Shown here: positions 23,976 through 39,239 of the stretch, piece after piece | Layout of the letters: each line of letters starts with the position of its first letter | How positions within the stretch are numbered: position 1 is the first letter of the stretch | Assembly: GCA_976551045.1 (NCBI GenBank) | Contig: CDPCPM010000073.1 | Coordinates: forward strand, 17,050,001 to 17,114,000 | Direction: 5' to 3' | Length of the DNA stretch: 64,000 bases | From: Glaucostegus cemiculus | Taxonomy: Eukaryota | Notes under the pieces: generated by a model | What the model saw: only the letters and a program-made list of their open reading frames with translations | Databases searched by the model: none | Told to the model about the DNA's origin: nothing | Translations under genes and position numbers: made by a program

Positions 23976-25484
23976 CTCCAGTACACCCAGTGACGGCTTT
24001 TCCTCCTTCCTGGAAGCATACACCTTCACTGACCCAAAATTCCACCTTTGGCTCTATTCTTGCTTTATTTCCACATCACTTGGAACATTTCATGTACTGT
24101 GGAGGTCCTTTAGTAATAGGATGATATGATTTCATTTGCCTTGCTAATACAACACCTCGAGTAGATTTTTTTTCCATACTTCATTGGGGAAACTCACCTG
24201 TCTGTGCCTTGGACAAAAACGAGACACAATGAGGTGCGTTAGAATTTTGTTACTGCACATTTCAAAGCAGCTGGGGAATGATGCAAAGCACTGACCATCC
24301 AGCTGGGGAGAAGGCGGGTGGTGGGTGGTGAGGCAATAGATACATTTAAAGGGACAGATAACAAGCCATGTGTTAAATTATATAAAAAATCTTCAGCTAA
24401 TACTAAAGCCAAAAAATTAACCCATCTGCACTAGATACATACTGTACCTTCCCTGCACTTTGACTTGATCTCGGCCAATATAAACTCTTCAAATTCATGA
24501 GATCAACTAATGAAGAAAATTTGTATACACAAGAGCAGGGAGAGTTTACAGGGCTGTCTTTTTATAGATGGATGGTTTGTTCGCAGTGGAAAAACCTCAT
24601 TTACATCTGGAAGGGAGCATCTGGATATTTTTTGCAGAAAGTGGCATCAATTAATTTAAATCACATTGTACGTATTCTTCGTATTTTCCATTTGTGGTAT
24701 ATGAGAGTTTGATATTCTGGTTTTGATTGTGGGAAAAATGCGAACTCACAGAATGGAGCAGGACTACATTATGTTAATTTTTTTTACAAGAACAAACAGA
24801 ATATTCAGCAAATTAGTTTAATGTCTTGGGGATTCCAGCATCAGTACTGTGGAGTCTTCAAGGAGTCTTACATAAGACTGACACAACAAAGGTTAAACAT
24901 GCCTGCAAGTACAACTGTTAATCTGCAAACTTACAAAATAAAGACAGGGACAGCCTGGAGGCTGTGATGAGTTTGTGTCTGGCTATTAAAATTATAACTG
25001 TTTTTGTTACAATCTTGAAATATTATCCTTCTGTGTAAAGCAATCCACTGTAATCCTATACATACCATGGAGTTCAAAGTAAATAAATGGAGCTCAATTC
25101 TGGCTAGGCTCACCAGGGATTCAAATGTGGTAGCAGTATGTGTTTAGTTGAGTCAATTATTATCAGTTTTATTTTGAAGGTAATGAAGGAAGAATGTATA
25201 GGAAATCTTTTTTAACTTTTAGTTCCTGTTGGAAGTGTGTGTTTATTATAATACCCTTAGTTAGGCTGCATTTACAATACAGCATCTGGATTTAAGAATA
25301 TCAATGAATTTGGGTGTAAGATACTTACAATATATATTGGCACGTTGAGTTACGTTGCAGCTATATATTTTAATGGTACTCTTGGAAATAATTTACAGTT
25401 ATATAAAATGTTTGGAGAAAGATTGTGCACCATGGTTTCAATTTTTTCAGAGTGATGAAAATGAAACATTTTAAAAAGACAAAA

Positions 25485-25889
25485 GGCTTGAATTTATTCA
25501 CAATCTCATGCTAAAGGACATGCTAAGTACTTTACAGTCATTGAATTATTTTTCAAGTCTAGCTCTGACATACAATCACAGCAGACAATTTGGGCACTGT
25601 AAGAACCCACAAGCAGCAATGAGATAAAGGCCAGATAATTGGTTTTAAGTAGTTTTGGCTGAGGCAGAATTATTGGCCGAGACATGATGGAGGAGACCCC
25701 AGCTGTGCTTCTAGTAACATCATGGCATCTTTTATGTTCACCTTGGGGAGTAGATGGGGCTTCAGTTTAAGTTTGATGTTGCATCACTTCCTCAGTGTTG
25801 CACTGGAATGTCAAATCTGATATTCCACTGGAGTCACACTTGAACCCATTGACTTCTGGCTCAGTGGCAAGAGTACTGTTACTGAGCTA
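25485..25889 (-). mobile_element. Deu-domain SINE
   Basis: CCCACAAGCAGCAATGAGATAA...TATTGGCCGAGACA...CCTCAGTGTTGCACTGGAATGTCA...CTTGAACCC...GGCAAGAGT. Confidence 0.7.
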
Positions 25890-28800
25890 GACCAGATTAT
25901 TTAATCAGATTTTTTTTCTTGTTGGTCACGGTACACAAAGAGTTCATTCATTACAGTTATCTGATTTCCCACAGTGCAGATAACCCCCAGGATGACTTAA
26001 TAGGATGTTTTATTGATATTAATTTATATTCATAGGCAAGCCTGGCTAATACAAAGGCCATTTAATGGGCTGATATTTACTGACTTCTGCTTCCAGAAGT
26101 TATCAGGGGTGTGGCTCAGAATAGGAACTTTTAGCTTCTGTCCCAGGCAACGCCTTCTATAATTTATAGAGAGTGCTAACTTCCTATAATCACAAATCTT
26201 GACCTTCAAAGGATTAACCTGCCCAAATCCTTTGAAAGTTGACAATCTAATTTGGTAATGAGAATTAATTGTTTTTTGGAAATAGTCATAAGGAATTTGG
26301 AGCTGAGACTATCCAAGCGATGAGGATGGTCTGAGAGTCCATGGCTGGTGTGTAGTACAGTAAACACACTTCTGAATTTTATTGGTAACATTCCTGTAGG
26401 GGTTATTGCTGGGGAAACTATTATTTTTGACAAGGAGGAAGGTAAAGAAATGTTCACCTATTTGTTTTTGTATTGTGGTGGGTAAACTAAGCTATAACCT
26501 GATCAAGTTTATTTTTTACCAGTTACAGTTAAGGAGGTTTAGTGGCACGTGTAGTGCATCTGCGGTTGAGGATCCTCTGTTTGAACTTTGGGTATTGTTA
26601 CATTTACTTGGATATTGGAGATGTAAAGGCACACTCCATTTCATAAGGCATAGAAAGTCTACTTGCTGGAATGTGTCAGTAATGCTGGCTCCAAACTAAA
26701 AATCTAATCATAAAATCCCCAAACTGTAACAGTAGCCATGAAAACCTAACTGATTACTGACTACATAATATATTGATGGAGGTTCTTGAGTGCTGGGCAT
26801 TTGGAATGGAACTGGAACTCCTTCTTGTGTTCCAGTTGCAGTCTGTACATTTCTCAAGTTGCTACCAGAAAGGAAAATAAAAACTTGAGCAAGAATTCTA
26901 TAGAAGATTACACAGAACAGCTGTAGAGCAGATGCTCCAGCCCCAGCGACATCCTACCACAAAGCAGGGCAGGAAGGAGATACAATGATATCTGTTTAAA
27001 AAAGAATCTAGCATATGGTTTCTTGAGAGCAAAGTGCTCAATAAATCTGAGATTGAAATTCATATACTGAGAGTATCATTCATCTTATGGAGCATATTCT
27101 GAGGTATTGTTAATGCATTTTACGGCAAATTAGATAAAAACATGAAAAAGAAAGTAACTGAAGGGTATAGTGATAAGGTTAAAAGAAATACAGTTCACAG
27201 CACTTGTGTTGAATGTAAAGGCCAGCATTAACTGAGTGGGCCGAATGGTTTGCTTCTGCACTTATATTTTACTTGTATTTATTTTGTACTATCAGCTGTT
27301 GCGGAGAATTGAATTTTAAATCATTTGAGACATCAGGGCTTCAGGCAGGGGAAACTAATTTCTTCAGATGTTTCATCTTCAGTTTTGGAGAGAACCGTTA
27401 GAGACTGTGACTTTAACCAATTCCACAGGAGCTGAACTTTGATCATATTTCGCTTTCCTTGAACTCATTCACTTCGGTTAGCAAAACGATGCAGAAGCCT
27501 GAGTACAGAACAGAGTCACAGGCAGTAGAGCTTTAACATCTGGTATTTGGGGGTGGTGTGTGAGCCCCATTTTTCACCATATGTAAAGGTTGTGCTGCTC
27601 CACCAGTGGGATAGTTAACCAGCATAAAAAAACTCTGCAAAACATCTGAAACCGATCTTCGTGGCTGTCATACAATGAACCAAGAGAAAGAGTTTTCTCT
27701 ACTGTAGACAAAACAAATACTGAAATGTATTCCACCATCTAATTACTACCAACCCCGCAGCTAAAAATACTACTCAACATTTAAATGAAAAGGCTTGCCC
27801 TCTGCTCTCCTGGCCTTGTAATATTTGCATTATGTTCAGTTATGTTTCCAGATTATTTGTAGTGGATCATTGATGCTACTTATTATACTCATACAAACAA
27901 AATTATACCATTTTACAGCATTTTAAATAAAAGTGTTCTTTTTGTATCTTGGCTGTTTAGTCCTTGGCTGGTCATTGAGTACCCAGCCATTTTCATTTTA
28001 AGGTAATCTAATGCAATTATGAGTTCTTTCTGAGCTGTGCTGACAGGAGCAGGTTGGTGACTGACCACCATCTGTGGCACTGATTAGTGATCTGGCATAT
28101 ATTTGAGTGCCAGGAAACACTCCATGATTTCATGGCAGGGATTGGTATTTCGCTGGGTAAAGTCCTAACTGTTGATGCTCCAGTATACTCTGCCATGACA
28201 ACTGCCAATAAAATAAATGCATTTTGTATTTGCAATTCATAATTTTGGATGCTTTAGAATGGATAATAATAAACCAATTCTGAACACATTCAACACCCAT
28301 CAAGGTGGATACGCATTACCTTATGCTCCCAATGCAATCTTCCTTGACTTCAGGAAGGCACCTGCACCACCTTTCCCTAATTAGCATTTCACCAAATCCA
28401 GAGAAGACCTGAGTAGAAGTTCAGGGGTTGCTAGTGCTAACAGGGTGGTCTAGTATTGGAGCTGGTTGTTCTCGCTTCCCAACTGATCAGAATGGAGTTG
28501 TTCATCTAAAAGGGAAGGCTATTGCAATAGTGATCAAAACATTGAGTGTGGAATACCATTAATGTGGGTTTACAATCTACATTATGGTATTGAATGCTCA
28601 CTGTCTAATTCACTTGCCCTAAACAAGTATATACTTAACTTATGAAGGCTATATGTATATCTATACATAAAGTATTTGTTACTTTTATTACCCCCTTTTT
28701 ATCTATTAAGTCAATTAGCTGTTGGTACTTTGGGAAACACATTAACTGTTTTGAATGATCTTGATATTTGATGCTGCTAAAATCAGAAGGTAGGTACATT

Positions 28801-31800
28801 GTGGTAAATCCAACTGCAGAATTCAAATCATTATATCTTTTTGCTTCATTTCAGTTTTGGAACCTTTCATGCAGTGTTTATATTCCTTGGCATTGAGTAT
28901 ACAAATTGGTCCCCCAAAAGGGGAGGGAACCTTTGTTTAAAAAGTGTGCAGAAGGCCTTTCACCCTTTTCCAAATATTCTATGGGGAAATCGTAATTAGT
29001 ACAGTTTAAATTTTGCACTGTGAGAGCAGCAGTCCACTGCTTGTATGCTATGTATTATAAGCAGGATAATATCATTGGGTATTGATAGTGTTTTGTCCTG
29101 GGGCTATGCTTCTTGATTTCCACAGAATTTGGAAGTACTAATGAAGGTTGTTTATTGAAGCAACATATCAGCAGATCTGAGAAGGAATGCAAGCTGTGAC
29201 TTTGATTAATTTATAAAAGTTGTGGTGCCTTTTTGCACATTAGCTATGAAGATTCTTTTTGTTTTCTTTTCTTCCATTTTGGTATTTCCATATGATGCTT
29301 TATCCCTTTCCCTCCTACATAAATTGCAGAAAGTCTTTGTATCATAAATGTTAAGCTTATGCCACATAACTGCTCAGGGACAGATTGTTTAAGTAACTCC
29401 TCTGACATTTCTCAGAGAAACCCTTCACTAAACCAAGATAAAACAGACAGGAAGCCACAAACATCATTTCAGAGTCAGGTCTGTAATTTTAACTATGCCT
29501 TTGCAGTCTTTAAGCATAACCAAGCAGATGGAAACACTTATCAGGTATAAATTTGGGAGCAAAAGCCTTTGGTTCCATCCACTGAGGTCAAAAATGAGGC
29601 TCTCCTTGATCTGCATAGGACAAAGTTTAATTTTAAATTTTCAATATGTTTCTTCTAAGATTCGATAAGACCATGTTTTTAAAAGTAGACCAACCAATGG
29701 AACACAAATACATGATAATATATTTCACTACTTTGGAAATGTCCATTCAATAAAGCTTGGTTCTTGATAAAATGACACTGGCCCAGTGAGGTGTAGCGAA
29801 AGCACCTAACTTAATTTGCTGAGTTCCGCTAGTTCTCAGCTGGGTCACACTTGGTGCTTTCCCCTGGGGAAGAGAACCTAACATTGTCCTCCCGACAAGT
29901 CTATCTGCTGTCAGTCAGGAAGCATTGCACTGACATTGGTGACAGTTATCTTAAGAATGTTCTCCTTCTTCACCCTCCAAGCAATCTCCCCAGCCACCAC
30001 CAAAAACACCCAAATGAATGAAGCTGTAGTAAGTGGGAATCTTGAGATAAAATTCAAAAGACAAAAGAACTAATATCCTTTTTGTTGGACTGCAGATATT
30101 CTGCGAGTTTTTGAGGCTGCTGTGCTATCAGGGTAATATTGCTTTCATTATTTCAAATCTTGTCAGGGTGGAGGTGGGGAAATAAAAGATAGCACTGTTA
30201 TCTTATTGCCAGAATGATGAATCTGAGGTGCCTAATACACAAATATTACTGTTTCTAAATCATCATCTACTTAAGCTTTACTTATCATAAGGTTCAAGCC
30301 TGCCACAGTTCTCGTATCAAAAGTAATTGGAACAGACATTACCAGAAGTGCCTTGTAGAAGTTCTATGATTATAAAATATTCTGTGAAGATTAAGGGTCT
30401 GGTATTTGTAGGTTGCTTGGCATTAGTTATGTCAAACTAAAGCTTGATGATGTTAATTGAAAGGAGTACAGATACAAAAACCAAAAGATAGTGTAGTGGC
30501 TATTCTGGGCTGCAATTAAATCAACCTAATTAAGATAGCTTTTAATTCATTAAAAAAATCCTGCTGTAGATTCCTTATCATTTCACGTAGTAATCTATTT
30601 ACAAATGCACAATAGTATCTAAGGAACTAAAAATACAATGCATTATAGGAGTTTAAATGCTAATGCATGAATTATAATTTGGCTACCACTTTAAAGTCAT
30701 TCCTCTGGAGTGAAGAAGGATAATGTAAAAATTACAAATCATCTACATTTTTTAAGGAATAATAACTGCATATTTATTTTTACACTTTCTGAAATTATTT
30801 CCCATTATAACACAGGAATAAAACATTCTTTAAATTTTAAACTGAACCAACCTTAAGTACAAATGAGTTGGGTAGTGGGGGTGGGTGGTGGAGGGGAATG
30901 TCTCTGTGGGCCCACTTAATAGTGAAATAAAAGACTTTCAGACAAAACTGGAGGTCCCAGATCATAAGACAATTATTTCAAACATGAAGCCTCACAGTGT
31001 ACATCCTGGAGGACTCCTATTATTTGAACCTCAGAGTTATTCTGCATATTTGTGTTTAAAATAATCCCTTCAGCCCCTGGTGAATACTGTAAAGTGACAG
31101 TAGGGACAAGCAAAGGAATACTTTGTTTTTTTTTTCATTTGCTGTATTTTAACAAAAGGGAGCTGCAACCTGGCTGTAATCTTTACTTTGTCACAAAGGA
31201 GCTCCAGTTGCCAAAGACACTGCTGTTTTCATCAACAGAGAGCTACAATACAGGAAAAGGCCATTTGGCCCAACTACTGCAATCCAGTATTAACATTCCA
31301 ACAATTCTTCACCCATCCTTCTTCACCTCAGCCTATTAACCACATCCTGGTATTTTTTTTCTCCCTTAAGAGTTGATCTGGCTTCCCCTTACTGGCAGTA
31401 AGTCTAAATTGTGCTTATTTCTAACCATTGGCTTGCCCTGCATATAGCATTGAGAAAGTTTTCAAAAAGAGGCAGAAATAAGCATTCCCTTCCAAGAACA
31501 ACTTCCCTTCCAGAAATGCCTTTATTTCAGATTTCCAGAATCTGCAGTATTTTATTTTAGTATTTCCAGCTTTTTTTGTTTTTATTTTTGATCATCTGAA
31601 CTTGCCTGGAGACAAGTGATTGGTAAAGATAAAGGAAGCTGCAGTAAAATGTGTTTCTTTTAGATTGAGTTGATGGGGATGGTTGTCAGAGGAGGGGGGT
31701 GGGGGCGCAGAGGTAGGGGGAGCACAATTTAAATGTCATTTGGAAAGCTTTCCTCTCGTGATGAATCGATGAGATCATGAGACAAAGGGAACTGGAATTG

Positions 31801-31959
31801 TAATTTCCTCAAACTTAGATAAGAAAACTGTTGACCTATAATAACCACAGCCTTAGGAATACTATCATTGGGAAATAAATAAATTGGTGGAACCCTGCTG
31901 GTTGATGTCTGGAACTGTACTGCAGCATCCCACAACTGTGTAACTTCAAGTAAAAGTTA

Positions 31960-32407
31960 TGTTGGATTTGACTGTTTGTATTAATTTTTTTAACATGTAT
32001 GGTGTTTAATACACCTCAAGTGGCTGCACAAGGAATGGCTGCTACCTAGCTTATTGGTTCGTCCATCAGGTGAATGTGTGTTTTTCATTGGTTGGTTTGG
32101 CCACAGGTATCCAATAGGTTTCCTGATTGGACTATTGTTAGTTAAGGAGTACCTCTTATCTCAGGTATAAAAGGGGTCATTTTTGTTAACCACTCTCTTG
32201 CTGTCTTCCCTCCCCCTTAGCCCGAGCTCATCTTCAGTTCCCTTTGTCTTGGCTCATCTCCTAGTAGTAAATCTAGTGCCATGTGCACTGTGACTGTGTC
32301 TTTGTTTTAAACTTTTCCAATAAAACTTTGTGAAGCACCAAATTGTTTTCAACTCATTCTTGGACTCCTGAAAGAACCTGCTGATTTGAAAATAACCGGA
32401 TCCAACA
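31960..32407 (+). mobile_element. Probable solo LTR (448 bp)
   Basis: Terminal inverted repeats TGTTGGAT...ATCCAACA; four CCAAT/ATTGG boxes (32053, 32087, 32111, 32126), TATAAAA at 32166-32172 and AATAAA at 32319-32324, in U3-R-U5 order. Confidence 0.75.
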
Positions 32408-33619
32408 TTATGATCCAAGACCGGCCAAATTAGTCCACGTGACTCTTGATACCTGGAACCCCTTCACCCAGAGTCAAGACTTAAATAGACAAATAAAATG
32501 AAACCCTTCCCCAATCAAATATTGAAAAATAATCCTGGTCCTTTACCCATTTCTAATTGCTTTCTTGAAGGTGTTGAATTAGGTCCTCAAGTGACACACA
32601 CTCGGCCGAGTACCAGTGCCCTCGCAGCTGAGCACAGACTCAGGACATACTCAAGGTTTCCTTGTCTGTAGAGCCCCATGATAAAGCAGAAAATGAATCA
32701 GCTCAGGAATTATTTGTAGTTTTACCGTTTGAATTAAGTTTTGTAAGCCGGTTTAATTTTTATATCACTTATATATATAATGTAATATCTATGCTTGGAA
32801 TGCAGACACTCTGGGAAGGCAACCATTATTGCTCTTTCCTCATTGCCCAAGTTGGAACAACTGCAATGGCCTGCTATGCCAATGTAGTAAGAGTTAAAAG
32901 TCAAACGTATTGGCTTCTGACTAAAGTCACATACAAACCAGACTGGGTGGGAGCAGAAAGATGAGAGCAGAACCAGTACCATTACTGAACCAGTTAAAGT
33001 TTTAATCACTGAAGCCTGAAAATTTTTTCTCCTCCAGTTTGGGCATGGGGATGTAGAATAGCAGGACATTTGAATGCTTATTTTCTAAAGTGCTGGTATA
33101 GATGCAATCTACCCAAGCAACATTAAATAGCAAAGTCAGATTTCACTTTGAAATCATGTGGATTAAGCTTGTGCTAATGAGCTCCTCTAAGGAAAGTCAA
33201 ACAGTTGCCGACACTTAGCCAAGCAGCTACAACCTCAGGAACTGGCCCTTATATGTGCCACACAATCACCACAGCTGCAACTGATAAAATGTGATGCCAT
33301 GGGGAGAAAGGAGAATGGCTAACAGAGAGATGGGGGAGGTGGGGATGACACGTGCATCTTGGTTCATTGACAGGGTCCTGGAGTTTTTAATTGTAGGAGA
33401 GAGACCCTATGTGCCCGAAGGGGATGGTACAAGTGTACAGAGTAACTAATCAGGCTTTAGAATGCTGTGGAGCCACCCAGCAAAGTGTGATTGATCCTTT
33501 AAACAGTCTGGTTTCAGGGAAACAGCCTTAGTCAGAGCTGATGGTTCTTTGAGTTGTTTTTCAGACCAGTGACATTGAAAATCATCCACAAAGACAAAAA
33601 ATGTACATTGCATCATTGA

Positions 33620-34165
33620 CTTTTTTTTAATATTCATTTTTGTGGTCTGAACATTGCTGGCAGTACTAGCATTTGTCGTCCATCCTTAGTTACTCTTGAG
33701 AAGGCGATGGTGAGCCACCTTAAACTGCTGGAGTTCTTTTGGTGAAGAATCTGACACAGTTCTATGGGGAGTTTATCCTGGAATTTAGACCCCATGGCAG
33801 TGAAAGTGTGGCAATGTATTTCCAAGTCAGGAGGTGAGTGACTTGGGGGAGGATCTGTAGAAGGTGGTGTTCCCATGCGTCTGTTGGCATGGTTCTTCTT
33901 GGTGGGAGGCCCTGTCAGAACAGCCTAGGTGAGTAACCGTAGTACATTTTGTGGATGGTACACCCCTGGAGCCACAGTGTGCCAGTGGTGGAGGGTGATG
34001 ATGGGATGTCAGTCAAGTGGTCTGCTTTGCCCTGGGTGATGTTAAGCTTCTTGAGAATTAGTTGGTGCTGCATTCATCCAGGCAAGTGAGAATGTTCCAC
34101 CACACTCCTGACTTATGCCTTTTAGATGGTGGAAAGGTGCCAGGAGGTGATAACTTTGGCATGAA
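33620..34165 (-). mobile_element. CR1/L2-superfamily LINE 3' end
   Basis: Minus translation FSLAWMNAAPTN plus downstream RT C-terminal remnant; tail ...CAAATGCTAGTACTGCCAGCAATG...AATGAATATTAAAAAAAA. Confidence 0.7.
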
Positions 34166-37100
34166 TTTCTCACTAGAACCATATTTGCAATGCTGACAAA
34201 ACAGAACAGTAGGATGCTACTGGGTGTTAAGACTTCCAGAAATGGGTGCAATTTTTTTTCTGCTTTATTTTAAACCTATTTTCACTTGCCTTTAACATTG
34301 AAGGATTTTTTTTTAGTGCCATAAGAATGAATTCCTGGGACTGATTTTTTTTAAATTCTCCGACTGCAGTGATTGGATTCAAATTATCATTCCCTGGATT
34401 GTTTGTCCTGGACTTGGAATTATTACACTACCACACCCTTAATTCATTTTTATTCCTGTTGTAGGAGACTGATGTTTTTGAACTGGCTCCCATGGAAATC
34501 TGGGTCCATGTTTGTGCTAGAATGAGGGAACCGGATATTGCCACCCGGCTCACAGTCAGAGGATTCTGGAATCCAACATAAACAAGCATCTGTAGAAGGC
34601 TGGTGTTTTGGGCAATTAAACCTCTTAAATATGGTCTTCTGTGTCCCAAATATCTAGCTTGGGGCACAAGATACAGTTGAATCCATGTACCATATGCTTC
34701 TAGCGTTTAACTGCCAGACCACAGCCGCTGTCAATACGAAGGACTTATGTGCTTCATTCTCTTTGAGGAGAAATAATATAACTTGCTAGCAAATCTTACA
34801 TTTTTTCTTTAGTAATTAATTTGTACGGTTGTTTGATTATAAACAAGTTTTAACATTATCTGTCTGCTTTATAGGTTTTTTTTAATAAATCTGTACTGAT
34901 AATTGCATATATATGGATTCAGCTCTTATTCACTTTTTTTCAGAAAAAAAACTTTTATAAGCAGTTTATGAAAATCCTAATCCAGGCATAATATTTCTTG
35001 CCAAACAAGTCGTGTGTTTATCAGGATTCGAACTATTAAAATTTCAAGCTGTGTTGAGTAGTGACAGACTGCGAAGGTCAGGTTGTGCATTTACACTACA
35101 AGAGGGGGGGACTACATGCTGTGAGTCAGAATGTAAACATTAGGATAAGGATGTAATTATAGCTGGCATTTCTCTGGATATTTCTGATGGCGGTTTGAGG
35201 TTTAAAGCCAGTGTTTATCTTGCTTGTAGCAGGTGCTGCTTCTTCCTTCATCTTTACAAGAGGTCACCAAGCTAGCCATTTGCAGCCAGAATGTTGCTGA
35301 CAACTGTTTTCAATTATTCCCTGCTGCCAAAAATAATAAAGCAGCAAAACTGAGAGAACAGTTTAGAATAATTCTTGACACAATAGCAGCGGAGCACAAA
35401 ATGCAGGCAACTTGGAGCTCTTGAAAATTTTGAGGTGCACCTCACTTGCACGAGTACACCCAGTGCATTTGTGCTTGCCCCAAGCCAGGGATCTCCTTTC
35501 CAAATCGTGGGAATGGAGTTGTTTGCAGAGCCTGGTTAAACACCAGTAAGGACAGTTCAGGAGTGCCCATTGTACGCTGGCTGTGTTAGATAGTGCAGCA
35601 TTCCACCTGACATTTCTCTGGGCCACAGAAAACACACCTGTCTTGGTCAGCAGTGTCTGGGCTCTTGAGTGAGGATCGGGGCTTTTCAGAAGTCTTTTCA
35701 CTGAGCTGTAAAGATGTAAAGAGTAGGATTCTTTCGGGAGCCTGGAGCGCTCCCCAACATGTTTGTTAAGTGGTATCTGGAGTAAAGGATTTGTTTATAG
35801 ACAGCCAATCTGTCTGCAAACTGCTACTTTGAAAAACAGGGGCAGAATCAGCAGATCCACCTGTTGGTCCAAATTCTGACTGTAGACAGCTAATTTTACC
35901 CCTCTCTACAAGGATAGAATTTCAGGATATAGATGTCTGCAGACCTTCTAATTCTTTGAGAGTAGTAGTGTATATTCACTACAATGTTCCAGATACTAAA
36001 TGATGGGAGGAAGGGGATGGGGATGTGGCGGGATGGTGAGAGGGGGGAAGTGGCAATCAACATCTAGATCTGTAGTCCAAACCATTTTCTTTTCCGTTTG
36101 CCACCATATTTTACTCAGACCCTGACATTAAAGCATGGAGAAGTGGAAGAAATGTTAACATATTCCTTTGAATGTTTCCTCTCTAATGGTTTAGCAGTTG
36201 CATTAATTCACTTTGTGCAAATGGACCGTTTCTGAGCAGAAATGGAAGTGAGGTTTGATTCATAAATATCCTGAGCTCCATTTCTAATGTCCCTGGTGTG
36301 ACTTCTGGGCTGGCCTCCTCACTTCCTTTTATAACTTCCGTGGGGAATCTGGTATATCAAAGAACCACTGTTGTTCTTTCTTTCCAACTGAAAGTAATTT
36401 GATCCAAGTTGAATTTTTCACGAATTTGGACTTGGACGGCACATGGGACTCCATTGTGTGGCCCCAGTGTCGTCAGTGTTCATGAACAAAGCTGAAGGCT
36501 GGCTTGACGGACAGTGGGTCGAGGAAAGATTCTGAATCCAACCTTAACTTCACTTTGGAATGTTTGTAACATCTAATAATGGTGGAAACTTAAAGGACAA
36601 ATGTTAATTATTTATTTATCGAGAGAGAAAAAAATGTTTTCAGAATGGAGTCTGTATTTAAAGCACAATTCCTCAAGCGTCATGGCTTTTAACATGTAAG
36701 TAGCAATTGCTATCACTTGCAAGTCAAGCAAATGAAAATGAATAGTCTGATGTTTATACTGGATGATACTCTTTAGTTTGTTAATTAACCATGGTTGAAT
36801 TAAAACTCTGTTTCCCAATAATTGAAAAAAATCAAAGCTGTGTTTTACAATTAATTTTCCAATTACAATGCATCTTTTCTTTCATCAGCATGGAATTTAC
36901 ATCATGATAACAGGGGAGGATATAAAAGGTTTCTTTAGATGTTGTAATCCTCTGCTTCAAAATATTACTGAAGCAAGAGTCCATAAATGTTTTATGAGGG
37001 AATTAGCAGGTTCAGAAAGAGGAATATTATAGGGTGAGTGTGTAGGAGAGGAAAAATTAGACTCGCGTGGAAAAAGATCCCAGTACAGATTTGACAGAGC

Positions 37101-37589
37101 AAATGGTTCAAAGGCATAATATTTTGTGATACTATTGTATTTTTTTAACTGGCTGAATTAGAAAATGTAAACTGCTTGTCAAGACATGTAACCAAGTCGA
37201 CAATTTGGCTGCAGTATTGTTTTGTGTTTTTGCAATGGAATTAGTGAAAGATTGCCTAGAAAATTATCATTCAGACTGAAAAAAAATGAACACTAGGAGA
37301 TTAAGTTGGCTGTATCTTGATCAAAGTAAGCTAGAGAAGAGATCTCCTTAGAGAGCGAGATGATAGATGACTTTAAGAAATGCCACCAAATCAAGTTTAA
37401 GTGCTCTTTGTTCAACTTACTGCCTGTTCCTCTGCAGTAGTACTGACTGAAACTGGAAACAGTGAGTAGGACTTAATTGAGTTGTTCTTGTAAACACATT
37501 TCTGGCACTGTACTCTGAACAATTAACACCAGAATACTTGTACTGGAACAATATATGTATTTTTATTTGCTTGAATAGAATTGGATAAA

Positions 37590-38025
37590 AATAAAAATAG
37601 ACATTGCTGAAAATCACATGGTTCAGCAGCATCTGTGGATAGCGAGAAATGGTTAGTGTATTGGGTCATTAACCTTTCATTATTTCTTTTGTTCTCTGGA
37701 TATTGGCATTGTTTATAAGACTGGCTTTATTGCCTATTCATAGTTGTCTTAAAGAGATTGAACTGCTTGCTAAGTTAATTCTGAAGGCAGTCTTGTGCCA
37801 AACATTTAGTGTCAGACTGAAGTTGCTTATAGACCAGACTGGATAAAGATGACATGTTTGCTTCTCCGAAGAGCGTTAGGGAGCCGGCTGGGATTTTACA
37901 GCGTTTGATGGCTTCATTGTCAGTTTCACGGTCAGCTTTTATTCAGGTTATTTTTAAAAAACTGAATTCGAATTCCAAAATTGACATACTGGAATTTGAA
38001 CTCCTGTTCTCTGGATTGTATCTTG
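37590..38025 (-). mobile_element. PLE terminal piece plus old SINE-like repeat (related pieces near 32.9-33.1 kb and 34.2-34.4 kb)
   Basis: CAGCAGCATCTGTGGATAG; ACCAGACTGGATAAAGATG...GGAATTTGAACTC...CTCTGGATT. Confidence 0.5.
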
Positions 38026-39239
38026 CTTTGTATATGGAGATTGTTATCTGTTGCCATGATAAGTGGAGGTTTATGTTGGCCCCTAAAGATAACTTAATTT
38101 TTGTTTGCGCCTGTTTTGGAGAGAGATACTTGGTGAACATTCTGTACGAGAGCATGGATTACGTTGTTCATTTAATGTAGAAAACATTAGAATGGATCTC
38201 TCCAGGGTTAAGAGGAATGGAAATAAAGGAATGGATATAATGTAATGAGGAATTTGGGAGTGATGATCAAGAGACAGAAGATGAGATTTATGGATGTAAA
38301 AGAAGGTGTATTTATAAAAACCTGGACATTGGATCCATTAGTAGCCGCTTATCAACCATGAATCAAGCAGAGGAACAGTGATCCTCTATGAATCGTTTCT
38401 GACTGAGATTGCTCGCATTGGGAAAGTGGATTGGGCTCTTTCAGGTGCAGTTCACCTGAGGGAATCTGATGTTTCTCTGCTGTCAGTCATGCACCTAAAG
38501 TGGTTACAAGTCACACATCATGCATTTCTTCCTTTACTGATGTGAAATGGAGCATTTGACTACAACCTATGGCCTTCGTTGAGCATTCATTGTGGAACTA
38601 AGAGTACATCGCACAACTTTGTTGCCTTCTGTCTATTCAAAGAGACACACTGCTGACGATCCGGACACTTGACACACAACTGGACAGCTTTGGAAGTGAT
38701 TGCAGTTTGATTGAAAACATTTGAAAGTTCAAAAAATGTGCTTAATCTAAAAGGGGTGCTTTCCTGAACATTTCAATAACGATATGCAGGCCAGCCTGAC
38801 ATATGCTCATTCCTACGAATGGCAGAACTAGTTTCCTCTTTTCCTTTCCACTTTTAGTAATTGCTTTTTTCAGTCTTATATATTTTTGATGCCATTCATT
38901 GCAATACTGTGGAGGTATAGTTACCGTATTGAGTGATCTTTGTGTATTTTCCAACTTACGGATAAAATTGACCTAATCATGTCCATAAGAACATAACCCA
39001 TTCACTACCCAGGGACAGACTGTATCCGTTCAGTGGTGACAGAATGAGGCAATACCTGTGTCAAATATCTGCACAATAAAAGATGTTATTTGCCCGAAAT
39101 AGAGATGCACTTCTGTCCTGCTAGTGTGTTCAGAATCATTAGTAGCAGAAAGAACATCAAATAAGCATCAAATATCATAACACTTTTCATTAAAGTCATT
39201 CACCCTGGGGCTTTTCATTTCATTATATGGGGGTTTCAA

